NCBI GenBank assembly: GCA_963729605.1 | Contig: CAVSNY010000007.1 | Coordinates: 704,001 to 768,000, forward strand | DNA from: an uncultured Gammaproteobacteria bacterium | Lineage (GTDB): Bacteria; Pseudomonadota; Gammaproteobacteria; DRLM01 | DNA length: 64,000 bases | Direction: 5' to 3' | Shown: piece after piece, positions 41,641 to 51,911 of the stretch | Layout of the letters: each line of letters begins with the position of its first letter | How positions within the stretch are numbered: the first letter of the stretch is position 1 | Program-made: the position numbers and the translations under genes | The notes under the pieces: model-generated | What the model saw: only the letters and a program-made list of their open reading frames with translations | Databases searched by the model: none | What the model was told of the DNA's origin: nothing

Positions 41641-42731
41641 TGCGCTTGGGTATCGTCGGCGGCGGGCAACTGGCCCGCATGCTGGCCTTGGCCGCCGCGC
41701 CGCTCGGCGTGCGCTGCCGCATCCTCGAACCCGCCGCCGATGCCTGCGCCGCGGTGGCGGCCGAGCACATCCGCGCGCCGTATGATGACGCCGCCGGTCT
41801 GCGGCATCTGGCGGAAGGCGCCGACTGCATCAGCTTCGAATTCGAAAACGTGCCGGTGGCCAGCCTGGATTATCTGGTGGACCATGCGCCGGTATTTCCC
41901 TCGCCCAAGGCGCTGGCCACCGCGCGCGATCGTTTGATCGAAAAAAACCTGTTCCGCGAGCTCGGCATACCCACCGCCGAATTTCGCGCGGTCGACAGCC
42001 GCGCCGACTTGGACGCGGCGGTCGCGGCCTTGGGCCTGCCCGCGGTGTTGAAGACCCGCACCTTGGGTTACGACGGCAAGGGCCAGGCCGTGCTGCGCGA
42101 CGCGGCGGACGCGGCGGCGGCATGGACGACACTGGGCGGTGTGCCGCTGATCCTCGAGGCCTTCGTGCCCTTCGCGCGCGAGGTGTCGGTGATCGCGGTG
42201 CGCGGGCGCGCCGGCGACAGCGCGTTTTATCCGCTCAGCGAGAACACCCATCGCGGCGGCATTCTGCATCTCTCGCTCAGTTGCGCCGATGATCGCATGC
42301 AGGCCCCGGCGCAGGATTACGCGCATCGTCTGCTCGACGCATTGGATTACGTCGGTGTGCTGGCCTTGGAGTTGTTCGAGGCCGACGGAAAATTACTGGC
42401 CAATGAATTCGCGCCGCGGGTGCACAACTCCGGGCATTGGACCATCGAGGGTGCCGAGACCAGCCAGTTTGAAAATCATCTGCGCGCGGTGCTGGGCCTG
42501 CCGCTGGGCCGCACCGAGGCGCCGGGCTGTTCGGCCATGGTGAATTTCATCGGGCGCATGCCGCCCCGCGAGGCGGTGTTGCGCCTGCCCGCCGTGCACT
42601 TGCACGATTACGGCAAAGAGCCGCGCGCCGGCCGCAAAGTCGGTCATGCCACCTTGCGCGCGGCGGACGCGGCGAGTCTGCGGGCGGCCTTGCCGGAGTT
42701 GCTCGCCTTGGCCGAGAGGGATGTGCTTTAA
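41640..42731 (+). CDS. purK: N5-CAIR synthetase
   Basis: GGGQLARM, GYDGKGQ, NEFAPRVHNSGHWT, RKVGH. Confidence 0.96.
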   Translation: MRLGIVGGGQLARMLALAAAPLGVRCRILEPAADACAAVAAEHIRAPYDDAAGLRHLAEGADCISFEFENVPVASLDYLVDHAPVFPSPKALATARDRLIEKNLFRELGIPTAEFRAVDSRADLDAAVAALGLPAVLKTRTLGYDGKGQAVLRDAADAAAAWTTLGGVPLILEAFVPFAREVSVIAVRGRAGDSAFYPLSENTHRGGILHLSLSCADDRMQAPAQDYAHRLLDALDYVGVLALELFEADGKLLANEFAPRVHNSGHWTIEGAETSQFENHLRAVLGLPLGRTEAPGCSAMVNFIGRMPPREAVLRLPAVHLHDYGKEPRAGRKVGHATLRAADAASLRAALPELLALAERDVL

Positions 42732-43086
42732 CGAAAATGTCGAAAAGATTTCTGGGCCGCCCAGGCGCGAAGGGCGCCAAGAAAAAATTTCTTCCATGCA
42801 CGAAAGTGTGAGCCGTCTGCCGCGAGGTGAATCAATCTTCAACCCGGCGTTTGAAACTCAAAGTTCCCAGCCCTCGGAAGGGCAGGGTTAGGGTGGGGGT
42901 AGAATGGCGGGCATTTCACCCCCATTCCAAGCTTCCCCGCAACGGGGTCGTTTGCTTCATCTCTGGATTGCCGGGTTAATGGTGGTTTCTTCAGTGCGGC
43001 AAGTACGCGCCCATGCCGGCCGATAACGTGGACAAGACATTCCATTTCGCGCGAGCGATTCATTTCATCCGCAGTCGGGAGACGAT

Positions 43087-44196
43087 ATGAAAATCGGCAT
43101 ACCCAAAGAAATCAAAGATCATGAATTCCGCGTCGGTGTGACGCCGTCCGGCGTGAAGGCGCTGGTCAAGGCGGGTCACGAGGTGTCGGTCGAACATGCG
43201 GCGGGCGCCGCCATCGGATTTTCCGATGCGTTGTATCGCGCGGCGGGCGCCGTTGTGGCGAGCCGGGACGAAATCTACGCCTGCCCGCTGATCGTGAAGG
43301 TGAAAGAGCCGCAGCCCGGCGAGTTTTCTCTGTTATGGGAAGGCCAGGTGTTGTTCACTTATCTGCATCTCGCGCCGGACCCGATACAGACCCGGGCTTT
43401 GGTTGAACGCAAGGTAGTGGCCATCGCCTACGAGACGGTGACGGACAGTCACAATAATCTGCCGCTGCTGGTGCCCATGAGCGAAGTGGCGGGACGCTTG
43501 GCGATACAGGCCGGCGCGCATGCCTTGCAGATGATCAACGGCGGTGGCGGCGTGCTGCTGGGCGGGGTGCCCGGTGTGCCGCCGGGTAAGGTGGTGATCG
43601 TCGGCGGCGGCATCGTCGGCACTCAGGCCGCGCGCATGGCGCTGGGTCTCGGCGCCGATGTGACGATACTCGATGTAAATCTGGAGCGGCTGCGCCAGCT
43701 CGACGATTTGTTCGGCCCGGCGCTCAAGACCGCTTACTCGGACAGTGATGCCGTAAGTGAGTTGACGGCGCAAGCCGATTTGGTGGTGGGCTCGGTACTC
43801 ATTCCCGGCAAGCAGGCGCCCAAGCTCATCACCCGCGAACACATCAAACACATGAAGCGCGGCGCGGTGCTGGTGGACGTGGCCATCGACCAGGGCGGCT
43901 GCGCCGAGACCTCGCGGCCGACCACCCATTCCGATCCCACCTACATCGTCGATGGCGTAGTGCATTACTGCGTCGCCAACATGCCCGGCGCGGTGGCGCA
44001 CACCGCCACCGGCGCGCTCACTCACGCCACTCTGCCTTACGTAATGCAACTCGCCAACAAGGGTTGGCGGCAAGCCTTGCGCGACAACCCCGGTTTGCGC
44101 GAAGGCTTGAATGTCTGCGCGGGGCAGGTGACCAATCGCCACGTGGCGCAGGATTTGGGGTATGAGTATGTGGGGGTGGAGCGGGTGTTGAGTTAG
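43087..44196 (+). CDS. ald: Alanine dehydrogenase
   Basis: IPKEIK, YLHLA, DVAIDQGGC, YCVANMPGAV. Confidence 0.96.
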   Translation: MKIGIPKEIKDHEFRVGVTPSGVKALVKAGHEVSVEHAAGAAIGFSDALYRAAGAVVASRDEIYACPLIVKVKEPQPGEFSLLWEGQVLFTYLHLAPDPIQTRALVERKVVAIAYETVTDSHNNLPLLVPMSEVAGRLAIQAGAHALQMINGGGGVLLGGVPGVPPGKVVIVGGGIVGTQAARMALGLGADVTILDVNLERLRQLDDLFGPALKTAYSDSDAVSELTAQADLVVGSVLIPGKQAPKLITREHIKHMKRGAVLVDVAIDQGGCAETSRPTTHSDPTYIVDGVVHYCVANMPGAVAHTATGALTHATLPYVMQLANKGWRQALRDNPGLREGLNVCAGQVTNRHVAQDLGYEYVGVERVLS

Positions 44197-44561
44197 CCAT
44201 CTGTTGGATAAGATCTAATGTTTCTTCTCAATGCGGCTACCATGTCTTCGCGCATCAGCGCGTAGACATGGTGAGTATCGCGAACTTCATCAATCCCGAA
44301 TGTGGCGCGGTTTGTTCGCATTTGAAGATAATTATTGATATATGAATATTGCGGCTGTTCAGCCCGCTGCTCAAGGTTACCAGCGCGCACTTGAAATTCA
44401 CATTGTCGTGGGTCTGGTCGTAATAAATGTAAGCAGGTCAGACTGAAAGTTATAAACTTGCGCATCGACTTGCCAATTAAACCATCATCGAGAAGCGCTC
44501 AGGCTTGACTTATAATTTAATGGAAGCCTATCCTCAGTTAGTCAGCGGCGGAATAATCAAC

Positions 44562-44954
44562 ATGCCACACAGTAGGCGCTATATATTTAATATCCTATTG
44601 CTGACCGTTATTGCCTTAATGATGGGATGCGCTAACAAGCCCGTCGCCGTGACAGATCTGCCTCAAAGCGAAGATGCTCATTGCCGCGAACAAGGTTTTG
44701 CCGCTGGCAACTTAGATTATTGGGCGTGCCGAGAACGCACTCATATGTTGCGCGTTATGAAGACTAAACATAGTGAAAAATGGGCTGAATGGCTTACTCT
44801 CCATGGGCGTTACTTATCGATTGTGGGCGCGGGTGGTAGCGTAGCTGGCTGCGGTGGACTCTCAGCCCTTGCGTTGAGCGGTTACGCAAACAGAGGGGGA
44901 GGTAATCCGGTCCCTTACGACTCATGGTCAGTGAATGGCTCTAGCATTTGTTAG
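44562..44954 (+). CDS. Putative small lipoprotein (hypothetical) in a low-GC patch
   Basis: Signal peptide with MMGC lipobox; C..QGF..G...Y..C pattern. Confidence 0.45.
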   Translation: MPHSRRYIFNILLLTVIALMMGCANKPVAVTDLPQSEDAHCREQGFAAGNLDYWACRERTHMLRVMKTKHSEKWAEWLTLHGRYLSIVGAGGSVAGCGGLSALALSGYANRGGGNPVPYDSWSVNGSSIC

Positions 44955-45251
44955 CTCAGAGCGCACACGACAATATCACTCCCACTTTCTGCGATACATA
45001 TTAAGTAAACAGCTTACATAACGCATAATGTAAAGCCTCAATTAAACCATGGCATCGCGCAGAATGTTTGGTGTTGCTTTCAGCTTGCAAAATGCAGGTG
45101 TAGCTTAAGATGGATCATAAAGAAATCTGGGGTGCCTTCGTTGCATCAGACTACTCAATTTTCAAACGCGTAATTCGTAAGGCGCCAATAAGCGAAGCGC
45201 GCTACGTCGGATGTTGGCGTGGCCTTCAGCTCCTTGTTGTACTGAATGGAG

Positions 45252-45482
45252 TCTCGCCCCACGGGCGAGATACTTTCTTTTGCGCGGCCAAAAAAGTGCC
45301 CAAAGAAAAGGCCGCCCGTCGGTGATGTTTTGCACGTCGCGCGGAATTCCCTGGGCGCTTCGGGTGGAACGGGGTTTCAGAGAGGCCGGGCCTGGCTGTC
45401 TGAAAAAAGCCCATCATCCGTGGCTTCGTCCCTAGGGCCTACTCCGCGCCATTCAGCAGTGCTCGGCGCTGCGATGGGAATT
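45252..45482. repeat. About 230-bp structured intergenic element
   Basis: TCTCGCCC/GGGCGAGA hairpin, then TACTTTCTTTT..AAAAAAGT..CAAAGAAAAGG; single copy in the window. Confidence 0.4.
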
Positions 45483-45520
45483 TGAATCAACCCCAGTACG
45501 CTCGGCGTAAAAAAATAAAT

Positions 45521-45639
45521 GCAGAGTGGTTAGGCCGAAGACCGTAACCCACCAGCATCGCGCAGCCACTCATCAATCATCACAGTAAGGAGCGTCTGAC
45601 GGCGCGAATTGGTAGGTTACGCTTCGCTAACGCTCTACG
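45521..45639. repeat. Inverted pair of GTAG-type REP sequences downstream of sodB
   Basis: GGTTAGGCCGAAGACCGTAACCCACCA and TGGTAGGTTACGCTTCGCTAACGCTCTACG. Confidence 0.6.
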
Positions 45640-45647
45640 ATTTGTGC

Positions 45648-46229
45648 TCAACCCAACAAGCGCTGCGCCATCAAATCCCAGTCCACCAGTTTCCAGAAAT
45701 TTTCGAGATACGCGGCGCGGGCGTTGCGGTAGTCGATGTAATAGGCGTGTTCCCATACGTCGCAGGTGAGCAGGGGTTTGTCGCCGCGCACGATGGGGGT
45801 GTCGGCGTTGCTGGTGTTTTCTATCACCAAGCGGTTGTCGCTTTTTTTCACCAGCCAGGTCCAGCCGGAACCGAAGTTGCCGAGCGCGGCTTGGGTGAAT
45901 TGTTTTTTGAATTCCTCGACGCTGCCGAAGTGTTTTTTGACCGCCATCGACACCGGACCGATCGGTTCGGCCATCGCGCCGGGGGTGAGGCAGGTCCAGT
46001 AGAAATTGTGGTTCCACACCTGGGCGGCGTTGTTGAAGAGCGGCCCTGTGGCTTGCTTGACGATGGCCTCCAGCGTCATATTCTCGAATTCGGTACCCGC
46101 CACCAGTTTGTTGAGATTGTCTACGTAGGTGCGGTGATGTTTGTCGTAGTGATATTCGAGGGTTTCGGCGGAGAGATACGGCGCCAGCGCGTCTTTGGCG
46201 TAAGACAACGCGGGGAGTTGGAAGGCCAT
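45648..46229 (-). CDS. sodB: Fe superoxide dismutase
   Basis: HYDKHH, FNNAAQVWNH (Fe type), DVWEHAYY. Confidence 0.93.
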   Translation of the reverse strand: MAFQLPALSYAKDALAPYLSAETLEYHYDKHHRTYVDNLNKLVAGTEFENMTLEAIVKQATGPLFNNAAQVWNHNFYWTCLTPGAMAEPIGPVSMAVKKHFGSVEEFKKQFTQAALGNFGSGWTWLVKKSDNRLVIENTSNADTPIVRGDKPLLTCDVWEHAYYIDYRNARAAYLENFWKLVDWDLMAQRLLG

Positions 46230-46316
46230 GGGGATAATCCTTGTTATGAAAAAGGTGGGGCTTAATTTAACAAGTCCCGGATGTCGCGAAAATAACACAG
46301 GGAAGGGGGGTAGTAA

Positions 46317-47075
46317 ATGAAGCGGGATCGCGGGCGGTGGGTGTGGGCGGCTTGCTTGATATTGTGGGCGCCGATCGGTGGGGCGGAGGAGGCTTTGCTC
46401 GCGGTGGCCAGCAATTTCACCGGCACGGCGCGGGAACTGGTCGCGGATTTCGCGGCGGACGGCGGCCACCGATTGCAAATCAGCAGCGGTTCCACCGGCG
46501 TGTTGTATGCGCAGGTCGGCAACGGCGCGCCCTTCGATATTTTTCTCGCGGCGAATGACAGCGAACCCGCGCGTTTAGTGAAGGAGGGCCGCGCCGTGGC
46601 GCCGTCTTTTACGTATGCGATCGGGCGTTTGGTCGTGTGGAGCGCCGACGCCGAATTGATTCGCGGCGACTGCGCGGAGGTGCTGGCCCGGCTTGATGCG
46701 CGGCATGTCAGTTTGGCCAATCCCCGGCTGGCGCCGTATGGCGCGGCGGCGATGGCGGCGCTCACGCGGCTGGGTTTGCGGGAACGGTATGCGCCACGCT
46801 TGGTGATGGGTGAAAACGTGGCGCAGGCATTTCAATACATCGCGACCGGTAACGCGGCCTTCGGTTTCGTCGCGCGGGCGCAACTCGTCGGCTTGCCGGC
46901 CGCGCGGGCGGGCAGTTATTGCGAGGTGGACCCGGCGCTGCATCCGCCTATCTTGCAGCAGGCGGTGTTGCTCAAACGCGGTGTGGGCAAGCCGGCGGCC
47001 GAGGGATTCGTAAAGTATTTACGCGGGCCGCGCGCCGCGACGATCATCCGGCGCGCGGGTTACGATTTGCCTTGA
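46317..47075 (+). CDS. modA: Molybdate ABC transporter substrate-binding protein
   Basis: AVASNF, GSTGVLYAQV, GAPFDIFL, ANPRLAPYG, GENVAQ. Confidence 0.88.
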   Translation: MKRDRGRWVWAACLILWAPIGGAEEALLAVASNFTGTARELVADFAADGGHRLQISSGSTGVLYAQVGNGAPFDIFLAANDSEPARLVKEGRAVAPSFTYAIGRLVVWSADAELIRGDCAEVLARLDARHVSLANPRLAPYGAAAMAALTRLGLRERYAPRLVMGENVAQAFQYIATGNAAFGFVARAQLVGLPAARAGSYCEVDPALHPPILQQAVLLKRGVGKPAAEGFVKYLRGPRAATIIRRAGYDLP

Positions 47076-47085
47076 CGTGTTTTTT

Positions 47086-47245
47086 TAAGGAGGCGCTGAA
47101 TAATTCCTTCCGGGAATTTTCAGGGCGCGGGAAGTGATAAAGGTGATTGTTGCCGCCCTTCATTTTTTAACGGCTAACCCCATTGAAAAAAATGGCGGCA
47201 CCGCCCTGTGTCGCAAGCGTCTTTAAATAAATCGGCCGTTCCTTA
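47086..47245 (+). mobile_element. MITE-like dispersed element, copy C
   Basis: TTAA-GGAGGCGCTGAATAAT...ATAAATCGGCCGTTCC-TTAA. Confidence 0.7.
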
Positions 47246-47722
47246 ACACCCCGCGTTCCGAGGGTGGGATGACCAGTCCTGCGAGCGGGAAAGTTGTTGC
47301 GCGGTCATGTCCCGTTCCAAGGCGTCGCGGTAGGCGAGGGCCAGGCGGTGGCCCTGGGCGGCGGCCAGGCTGTACCAGAGGTGGGCATAGTCGGGATAGG
47401 CCGGCATGGACATGGGGCGGTTTTTGGTGGCGCGGAAACCGTACAGCTGGCCGAGCTGGAATTGCGCGCCGGCATGACCGTTGAGCGCGGCCTTGCAGAA
47501 CCAGCCGCGGGCGACGGTTTCGGTGTGGCCGGGACCGAAGCCGCAACAATAAGAGAGGCCCAGTTGATATTGGGCTTCGCTGTCGCCCTGCTCCGCGCGT
47601 TGCTGCAAGTCGGCGCGTTTGAGCTGTTCGACGTCGAACTGGGCGCTTTTGCCGCCGCCGAAGTACGAACAGCCGCCGAGGAGTGCGCCGATCAACAGCA
47701 GTATGAGGGTGCGTGCAGGCAT
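47243..47722 (-). CDS. Sel1-repeat lipoprotein
   Basis: LGGC lipobox; AEQGDSEAQYQLG, AQFQLG, WYSLAAAQG. Confidence 0.82.
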   Translation of the reverse strand: MPARTLILLLIGALLGGCSYFGGGKSAQFDVEQLKRADLQQRAEQGDSEAQYQLGLSYCCGFGPGHTETVARGWFCKAALNGHAGAQFQLGQLYGFRATKNRPMSMPAYPDYAHLWYSLAAAQGHRLALAYRDALERDMTAQQLSRSQDWSSHPRNAGC

Positions 47723-47854
47723 GGCCGGTCTCCCGTGGTGATGCGCCACAGCCTAGCATAGCGGCCACGCTTCCGGTAATGCCGCGCGGCGCTTAAGATA
47801 CACGCTCGCTGAACCGGGGCCATCACCGCCCTTTTTGCAGACCGGGAGACGATC

Positions 47855-48871
47855 ATCAGTTACGCTTTATTACGTCCTTTCTTATTTCGGCTCGACGCCG
47901 AGACCGCTCATCACTGGACCCTCGCCGCGCTGAAGGGCGCGCATCGTCTGCATCTGCTCGGCGCCGGCGGTGTGCCGGCGTCGCCGCGTCGCGTGATGGG
48001 CCTGGATTTCCCCAACCCGGTGGGGCTGGCGGCCGGGCTGGATAAAAACGGCGATTACATCGACGCCTTGGCCGCGCTGGGCTTCGGCTTCATCGAGGTC
48101 GGCACGGTGACGCCCCGCCCGCAGCCCGGCAATCCGCGGCCGCGCTTATTCCGCCTGCCCGAGGCGCGGGCCATCATCAATCGCATGGGTTTCAATAATC
48201 AAGGCGTCGATTATCTGCTGGCGAAGGTGCGGCAGGCCCGTTACCGCGGCGTGCTCGGCATCAACCTCGGCAAGAACGCCGACACGCCGGTGGAGCGGGC
48301 GGCGGACGATTACCTCATCGGTCTGCGCAAGGTATATACGGCGGCCAGTTATGTGACGGTGAACATCTCCTCGCCCAACACCGCCAATCTGCGCAGCCTG
48401 CAGGAGGGCGCCGCCCTCACCGCCTTGCTGGGCCGCTTGAAACAGGAGCAGCGGGTGCTGGCCGAGCAGCACCAAAAATACGTGCCGCTCGCCGTGAAGA
48501 TCGCCCCCGACCTCGGCGCCGAGGCGGTGGCGGAGATGGCGGCGGTGATCCGCGAGTCGGGCATCGACGCGGTGATCGCCACCAACACCACCCTGGCGCG
48601 CGAGGCGGTGGCGCAGCTGCCCCACGGTGGGGAAACCGGCGGTTTGAGCGGCGCGCCGCTCACCCGGCGCGCCACCGAGGTGGTGAGCCAATTGCACGCC
48701 GTGTTGCGGGACACGGTGCCCATCATCGCCGCGGGCGGTATCATGGACGGCGCCGACGCCGTGGCCAAGCTGCGGGCCGGCGCGTCGCTGGTGCAGGTCT
48801 ACAGCGGCCTGATTTACCGCGGTCCGGCCTTGGTGCGGGAGGTGGCCGCCGCCCTGGCCCAGGTTCCCTGA
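47855..48871 (+). CDS. pyrD: Quinone-dependent dihydroorotate dehydrogenase; start codon non-canonical (ATC?)
   Basis: [18 protein letters not shown]-terminus, [21 protein letters not shown]. Confidence 0.93.
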   Translation: MSYALLRPFLFRLDAETAHHWTLAALKGAHRLHLLGAGGVPASPRRVMGLDFPNPVGLAAGLDKNGDYIDALAALGFGFIEVGTVTPRPQPGNPRPRLFRLPEARAIINRMGFNNQGVDYLLAKVRQARYRGVLGINLGKNADTPVERAADDYLIGLRKVYTAASYVTVNISSPNTANLRSLQEGAALTALLGRLKQEQRVLAEQHQKYVPLAVKIAPDLGAEAVAEMAAVIRESGIDAVIATNTTLAREAVAQLPHGGETGGLSGAPLTRRATEVVSQLHAVLRDTVPIIAAGGIMDGADAVAKLRAGASLVQVYSGLIYRGPALVREVAAALAQVP

Positions 48872-48932
48872 GCGGGCGTGGGTTGCGGACGTCGTGCGCG
48901 CGGATTAGCGTAGACGCTTAAAGGTCACGGCA

Positions 48933-49373
48933 ATGGAGAAGGCAGTGAAAAAAGAATCCTGGTTTGGACAAAAAGGCCGCCGCAGCGTCGATAAGGTGAA
49001 GGATTTCGGCACCTTGATCGGCGCGGATTCCACCTTCAGCGGTACGCTGCGCGGCAAGGACAATTACGCGATATACGGCACGGTGGAAGGGGATTGCGAG
49101 CTGGAGGGGGCCTTGATGCTCGGCCCCGGCGGCCGCTGGAAGGGCAATATCAGCGCCGCCGTGGTGTTTATCGCCGGCGAGGTGGAGGGCAATGTCGCCG
49201 CGCGGGAGAAACTGGAGATCGCCCCCGGCGCGCGGGTGCGGGGCAATTTGAGCAGCGGCTCCATCGCCATCGCCGACGGCGCGGTGTTCGAGGGCGAGGT
49301 GAAAATGCCCAAACCCGAGGAGGTCACCCGTTTCGCCGAGCGGCGCGGCGGCGCTGAACCCGCCGGCGAGTGA
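48933..49373 (+). CDS. Bactofilin (polymer-forming cytoskeletal protein)
   Basis: TLIG..F.G.L, G.VEG repeats, IADGAVFEG. Confidence 0.88.
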   Translation: MEKAVKKESWFGQKGRRSVDKVKDFGTLIGADSTFSGTLRGKDNYAIYGTVEGDCELEGALMLGPGGRWKGNISAAVVFIAGEVEGNVAAREKLEIAPGARVRGNLSSGSIAIADGAVFEGEVKMPKPEEVTRFAERRGGAEPAGE

Positions 49374-49398
49374 GGGTCAACCAGTCCGGCGGAGCGGG

Positions 49399-49755
49399 TC
49401 AGTCGCCGTTGAGACCGAGATGGGTGCTCCGGCCCTGCTGTTCCGCGCAGCGGTAAAACACCCCCACCGCATAGTCGTGGGGGTTGCCGTTCCACAAATA
49501 GGCGCCCCAAATGACTTTTAACAAATAGGTGGAATACTGTTCATGGAGGACCACGGCCAGCGGGTTTTTCGAGGCCAGTTCCAGGGCGTTCTCCGCCGGC
49601 ACGCCCAATCTCGAATTGATAACGGAATCAAATCCCACCATGGCATGTCCATAGCAGAGTTGCGCGTCCAGGTCGCGCGGCAGGCCGTCGAAGGCGGAGG
49701 CCGCCGGGCTGGCCGCGGCGAGGACGCAAATCAGTGATAACATCGGATATTTCAT
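49399..49755 (-). CDS. Secreted hypothetical protein
   Basis: Signal peptide, two Cys, GAGG upstream of the ATG. Confidence 0.6.
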   Translation of the reverse strand: MKYPMLSLICVLAAASPAASAFDGLPRDLDAQLCYGHAMVGFDSVINSRLGVPAENALELASKNPLAVVLHEQYSTYLLKVIWGAYLWNGNPHDYAVGVFYRCAEQQGRSTHLGLNGD

Positions 49756-49987
49756 GACTGAACCCTCCGCCGCGCGGAACGGGGTACGGACCGGGCGGCT
49801 GCGAGTGAAAGGCGAGGCTGGGATCTCCACCCTCTTAATTTGGTAGCGGCCACGGCGGGGAAGGTTTAAAGAATGGAGGGGTGACACGCCGGGCTGGATT
49901 GGAAATCGTTGCGCGCCGCGTAGCTCTCTAAAGATAATGTCCCCCATCCCCCAATGTGTATGTGCAGTACGAGACCTTCTGAATAAT

Positions 49988-51814
49988 ATGACTGACGAAC
50001 TACCTATCCGGTTTCAAATCCTCCCCATTCAGCCGGGCGCCCACCTTTTCGAAGTGACCTGTGAAATCGCCGATCCCGATCCGGCGGGGCAAGAATTTTC
50101 CCTGCCGGCGTGGATACCCGGCAGCTACATGCTGCGCGAGTTCGCCAAGAGCGTGGTGCAAGTCTGGGCCAGCGCCCAGGATCAACCGGTGGCGGTGCGC
50201 AAACTCGACAAAAGCACCTGGCGGTGCGCCCCCTGCGACGGGCCGCTCATCCTGCGTTATCAGGTCTACGCCTGGGATTTGTCGGTGCGCGGCGCCCACC
50301 TCGACACCACCCATGGTTATTTCAACGGCACCAGCGTGTTCATCAAAGTGGCGGGCAAGGAACACCGCCGCCACCTCGTCGATATCCGGCCGCCGTCGGG
50401 CGAGGCCTATCGCGATTGGCGGGTGGCCACCGCCTTGCCGCGCGAGAGCGCCCATCCCTACGGTTTCGGTCTTTATCAGGCCGCCGATTACGAAGAGCTG
50501 ATCGACCATCCCGTCGAGATGGGTACCTTCACTCTCGCGACCTTTTATGCCTGCGGATATCCCCACGACGTGGTGCTCAGCGGCCGTCATCGCGCCGACC
50601 TGGACCGGCTCTGCCAAGACCTCACCGCGATCTGCGAATATCAGATCCGCTTTTTCGGCGAGCCGCCGCCCATGGAGCGTTACGTGTTTTTGATCACGGT
50701 CGTGGGCAACGGCTACGGCGGCCTGGAACATCGCGCCTCGTGCAGCCTGTTATGCAGCCGCGACGATTTGCCGCGCGCCGGCCGGCGCGACATCGGCGAA
50801 AAATACCGCGCCTTGCTCGGCCTGTGCAGCCACGAATATTTCCATACCTGGAACATCAAGCGCATCAAACCCGCGGTATTCGCCGCGCCGGATCTGGCGG
50901 TGGAAAACTACACCCGCCAGCTGTGGGCCTTCGAAGGCATCACCAGTTATTACCAGAACCTCGCCCTGTTGCGCTGCGGTCTGATCACGCCTGAAGAGTT
51001 TCTCGAGCTGCTGGCGCAGATGGCGACCCGGGTATGGCGGGCCGCCGGCCGTTTCAAGCAGACCTTGGAAGAGTCCAGCTTCGACGCCTGGATCAAACTC
51101 TATAAACAAGACGACAACTCCCCCAATGCCCTCATCAGTTATTACACCAAGGGCGCGCTGGTGGCCCTGGCCCTCGACCTGTTGATCCGCCGCGATACCC
51201 GCAACGCCCGCAGCCTCGACGACGTGATGCGCGCCTTGTGGAAACGCTACGGCGAGACCGGTGAAGGGGTGCCGGAGGACGGCGTGGAACGCCTCGCCGA
51301 AGAAATATCCGGCCTGGATTTGCGCGCCTTTTTCGAGCGGGCGCTGCGCAGCACCGAGGAATTGCCGCTGGCGGATCTGCTGGCCCAGTTCGGCGTGAAG
51401 ATGGAGGTACGGCCGGCGGAATCCGCCGCCGACGTCGGCGGCCGCGCCGCCAAGATTTCGGCGGATGCACTGGCCGGCCGCGCGGTATTGGCCGTGCGTC
51501 TGGCGGAGAACGGCGGCGACGCGAAATTGCAATACGTCTACGACGGCGGCGCCGCGCAACAGGCCGGCCTGTCGCCGGGCGATGTGCTGGTGGCGGTGGA
51601 CGGTCTGCGGGTGACCCGCACCAATTTGGAATCCTTGCTCACGGCCTATGCGCCCGGCGAGAGTGTGAGTGTGCACGCCTTTCGCCGCGACGAACTCATG
51701 AATTTCAGCGTCACGCTGCGCGCCGCGCCCGCCGATACCTGCGTGTTCAGTTTGCTGGAGAAGGCCGACGGCGCGGTGCGCGCGCAGCGGGCGTCATGGT
51801 TGGGTGCGACCTGA
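49988..51814 (+). CDS. M61-family metallopeptidase with PDZ domain
   Basis: WIPGSY, GGLEH, HEYFH, WAFEGITSY, YYTKG. Confidence 0.92.
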   Translation: MTDELPIRFQILPIQPGAHLFEVTCEIADPDPAGQEFSLPAWIPGSYMLREFAKSVVQVWASAQDQPVAVRKLDKSTWRCAPCDGPLILRYQVYAWDLSVRGAHLDTTHGYFNGTSVFIKVAGKEHRRHLVDIRPPSGEAYRDWRVATALPRESAHPYGFGLYQAADYEELIDHPVEMGTFTLATFYACGYPHDVVLSGRHRADLDRLCQDLTAICEYQIRFFGEPPPMERYVFLITVVGNGYGGLEHRASCSLLCSRDDLPRAGRRDIGEKYRALLGLCSHEYFHTWNIKRIKPAVFAAPDLAVENYTRQLWAFEGITSYYQNLALLRCGLITPEEFLELLAQMATRVWRAAGRFKQTLEESSFDAWIKLYKQDDNSPNALISYYTKGALVALALDLLIRRDTRNARSLDDVMRALWKRYGETGEGVPEDGVERLAEEISGLDLRAFFERALRSTEELPLADLLAQFGVKMEVRPAESAADVGGRAAKISADALAGRAVLAVRLAENGGDAKLQYVYDGGAAQQAGLSPGDVLVAVDGLRVTRTNLESLLTAYAPGESVSVHAFRRDELMNFSVTLRAAPADTCVFSLLEKADGAVRAQRASWLGAT

Positions 51815-51911
51815 TCCGTTCGTAGTGCGGGCTTGCATCCCGGACGCAAACTGCGTAGCTTACCAGGCCTGGAAATTAAGTCGTTTTTTAGTTAAAAATA
51901 GGGGATATCGC

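Noticed and set aside
42758-42950. Degenerate REP pair and CGCCAAG-type short repeats between purK and ald (similar at 27234-27250)
   Set aside because: Too decayed to define boundaries or assign a family.
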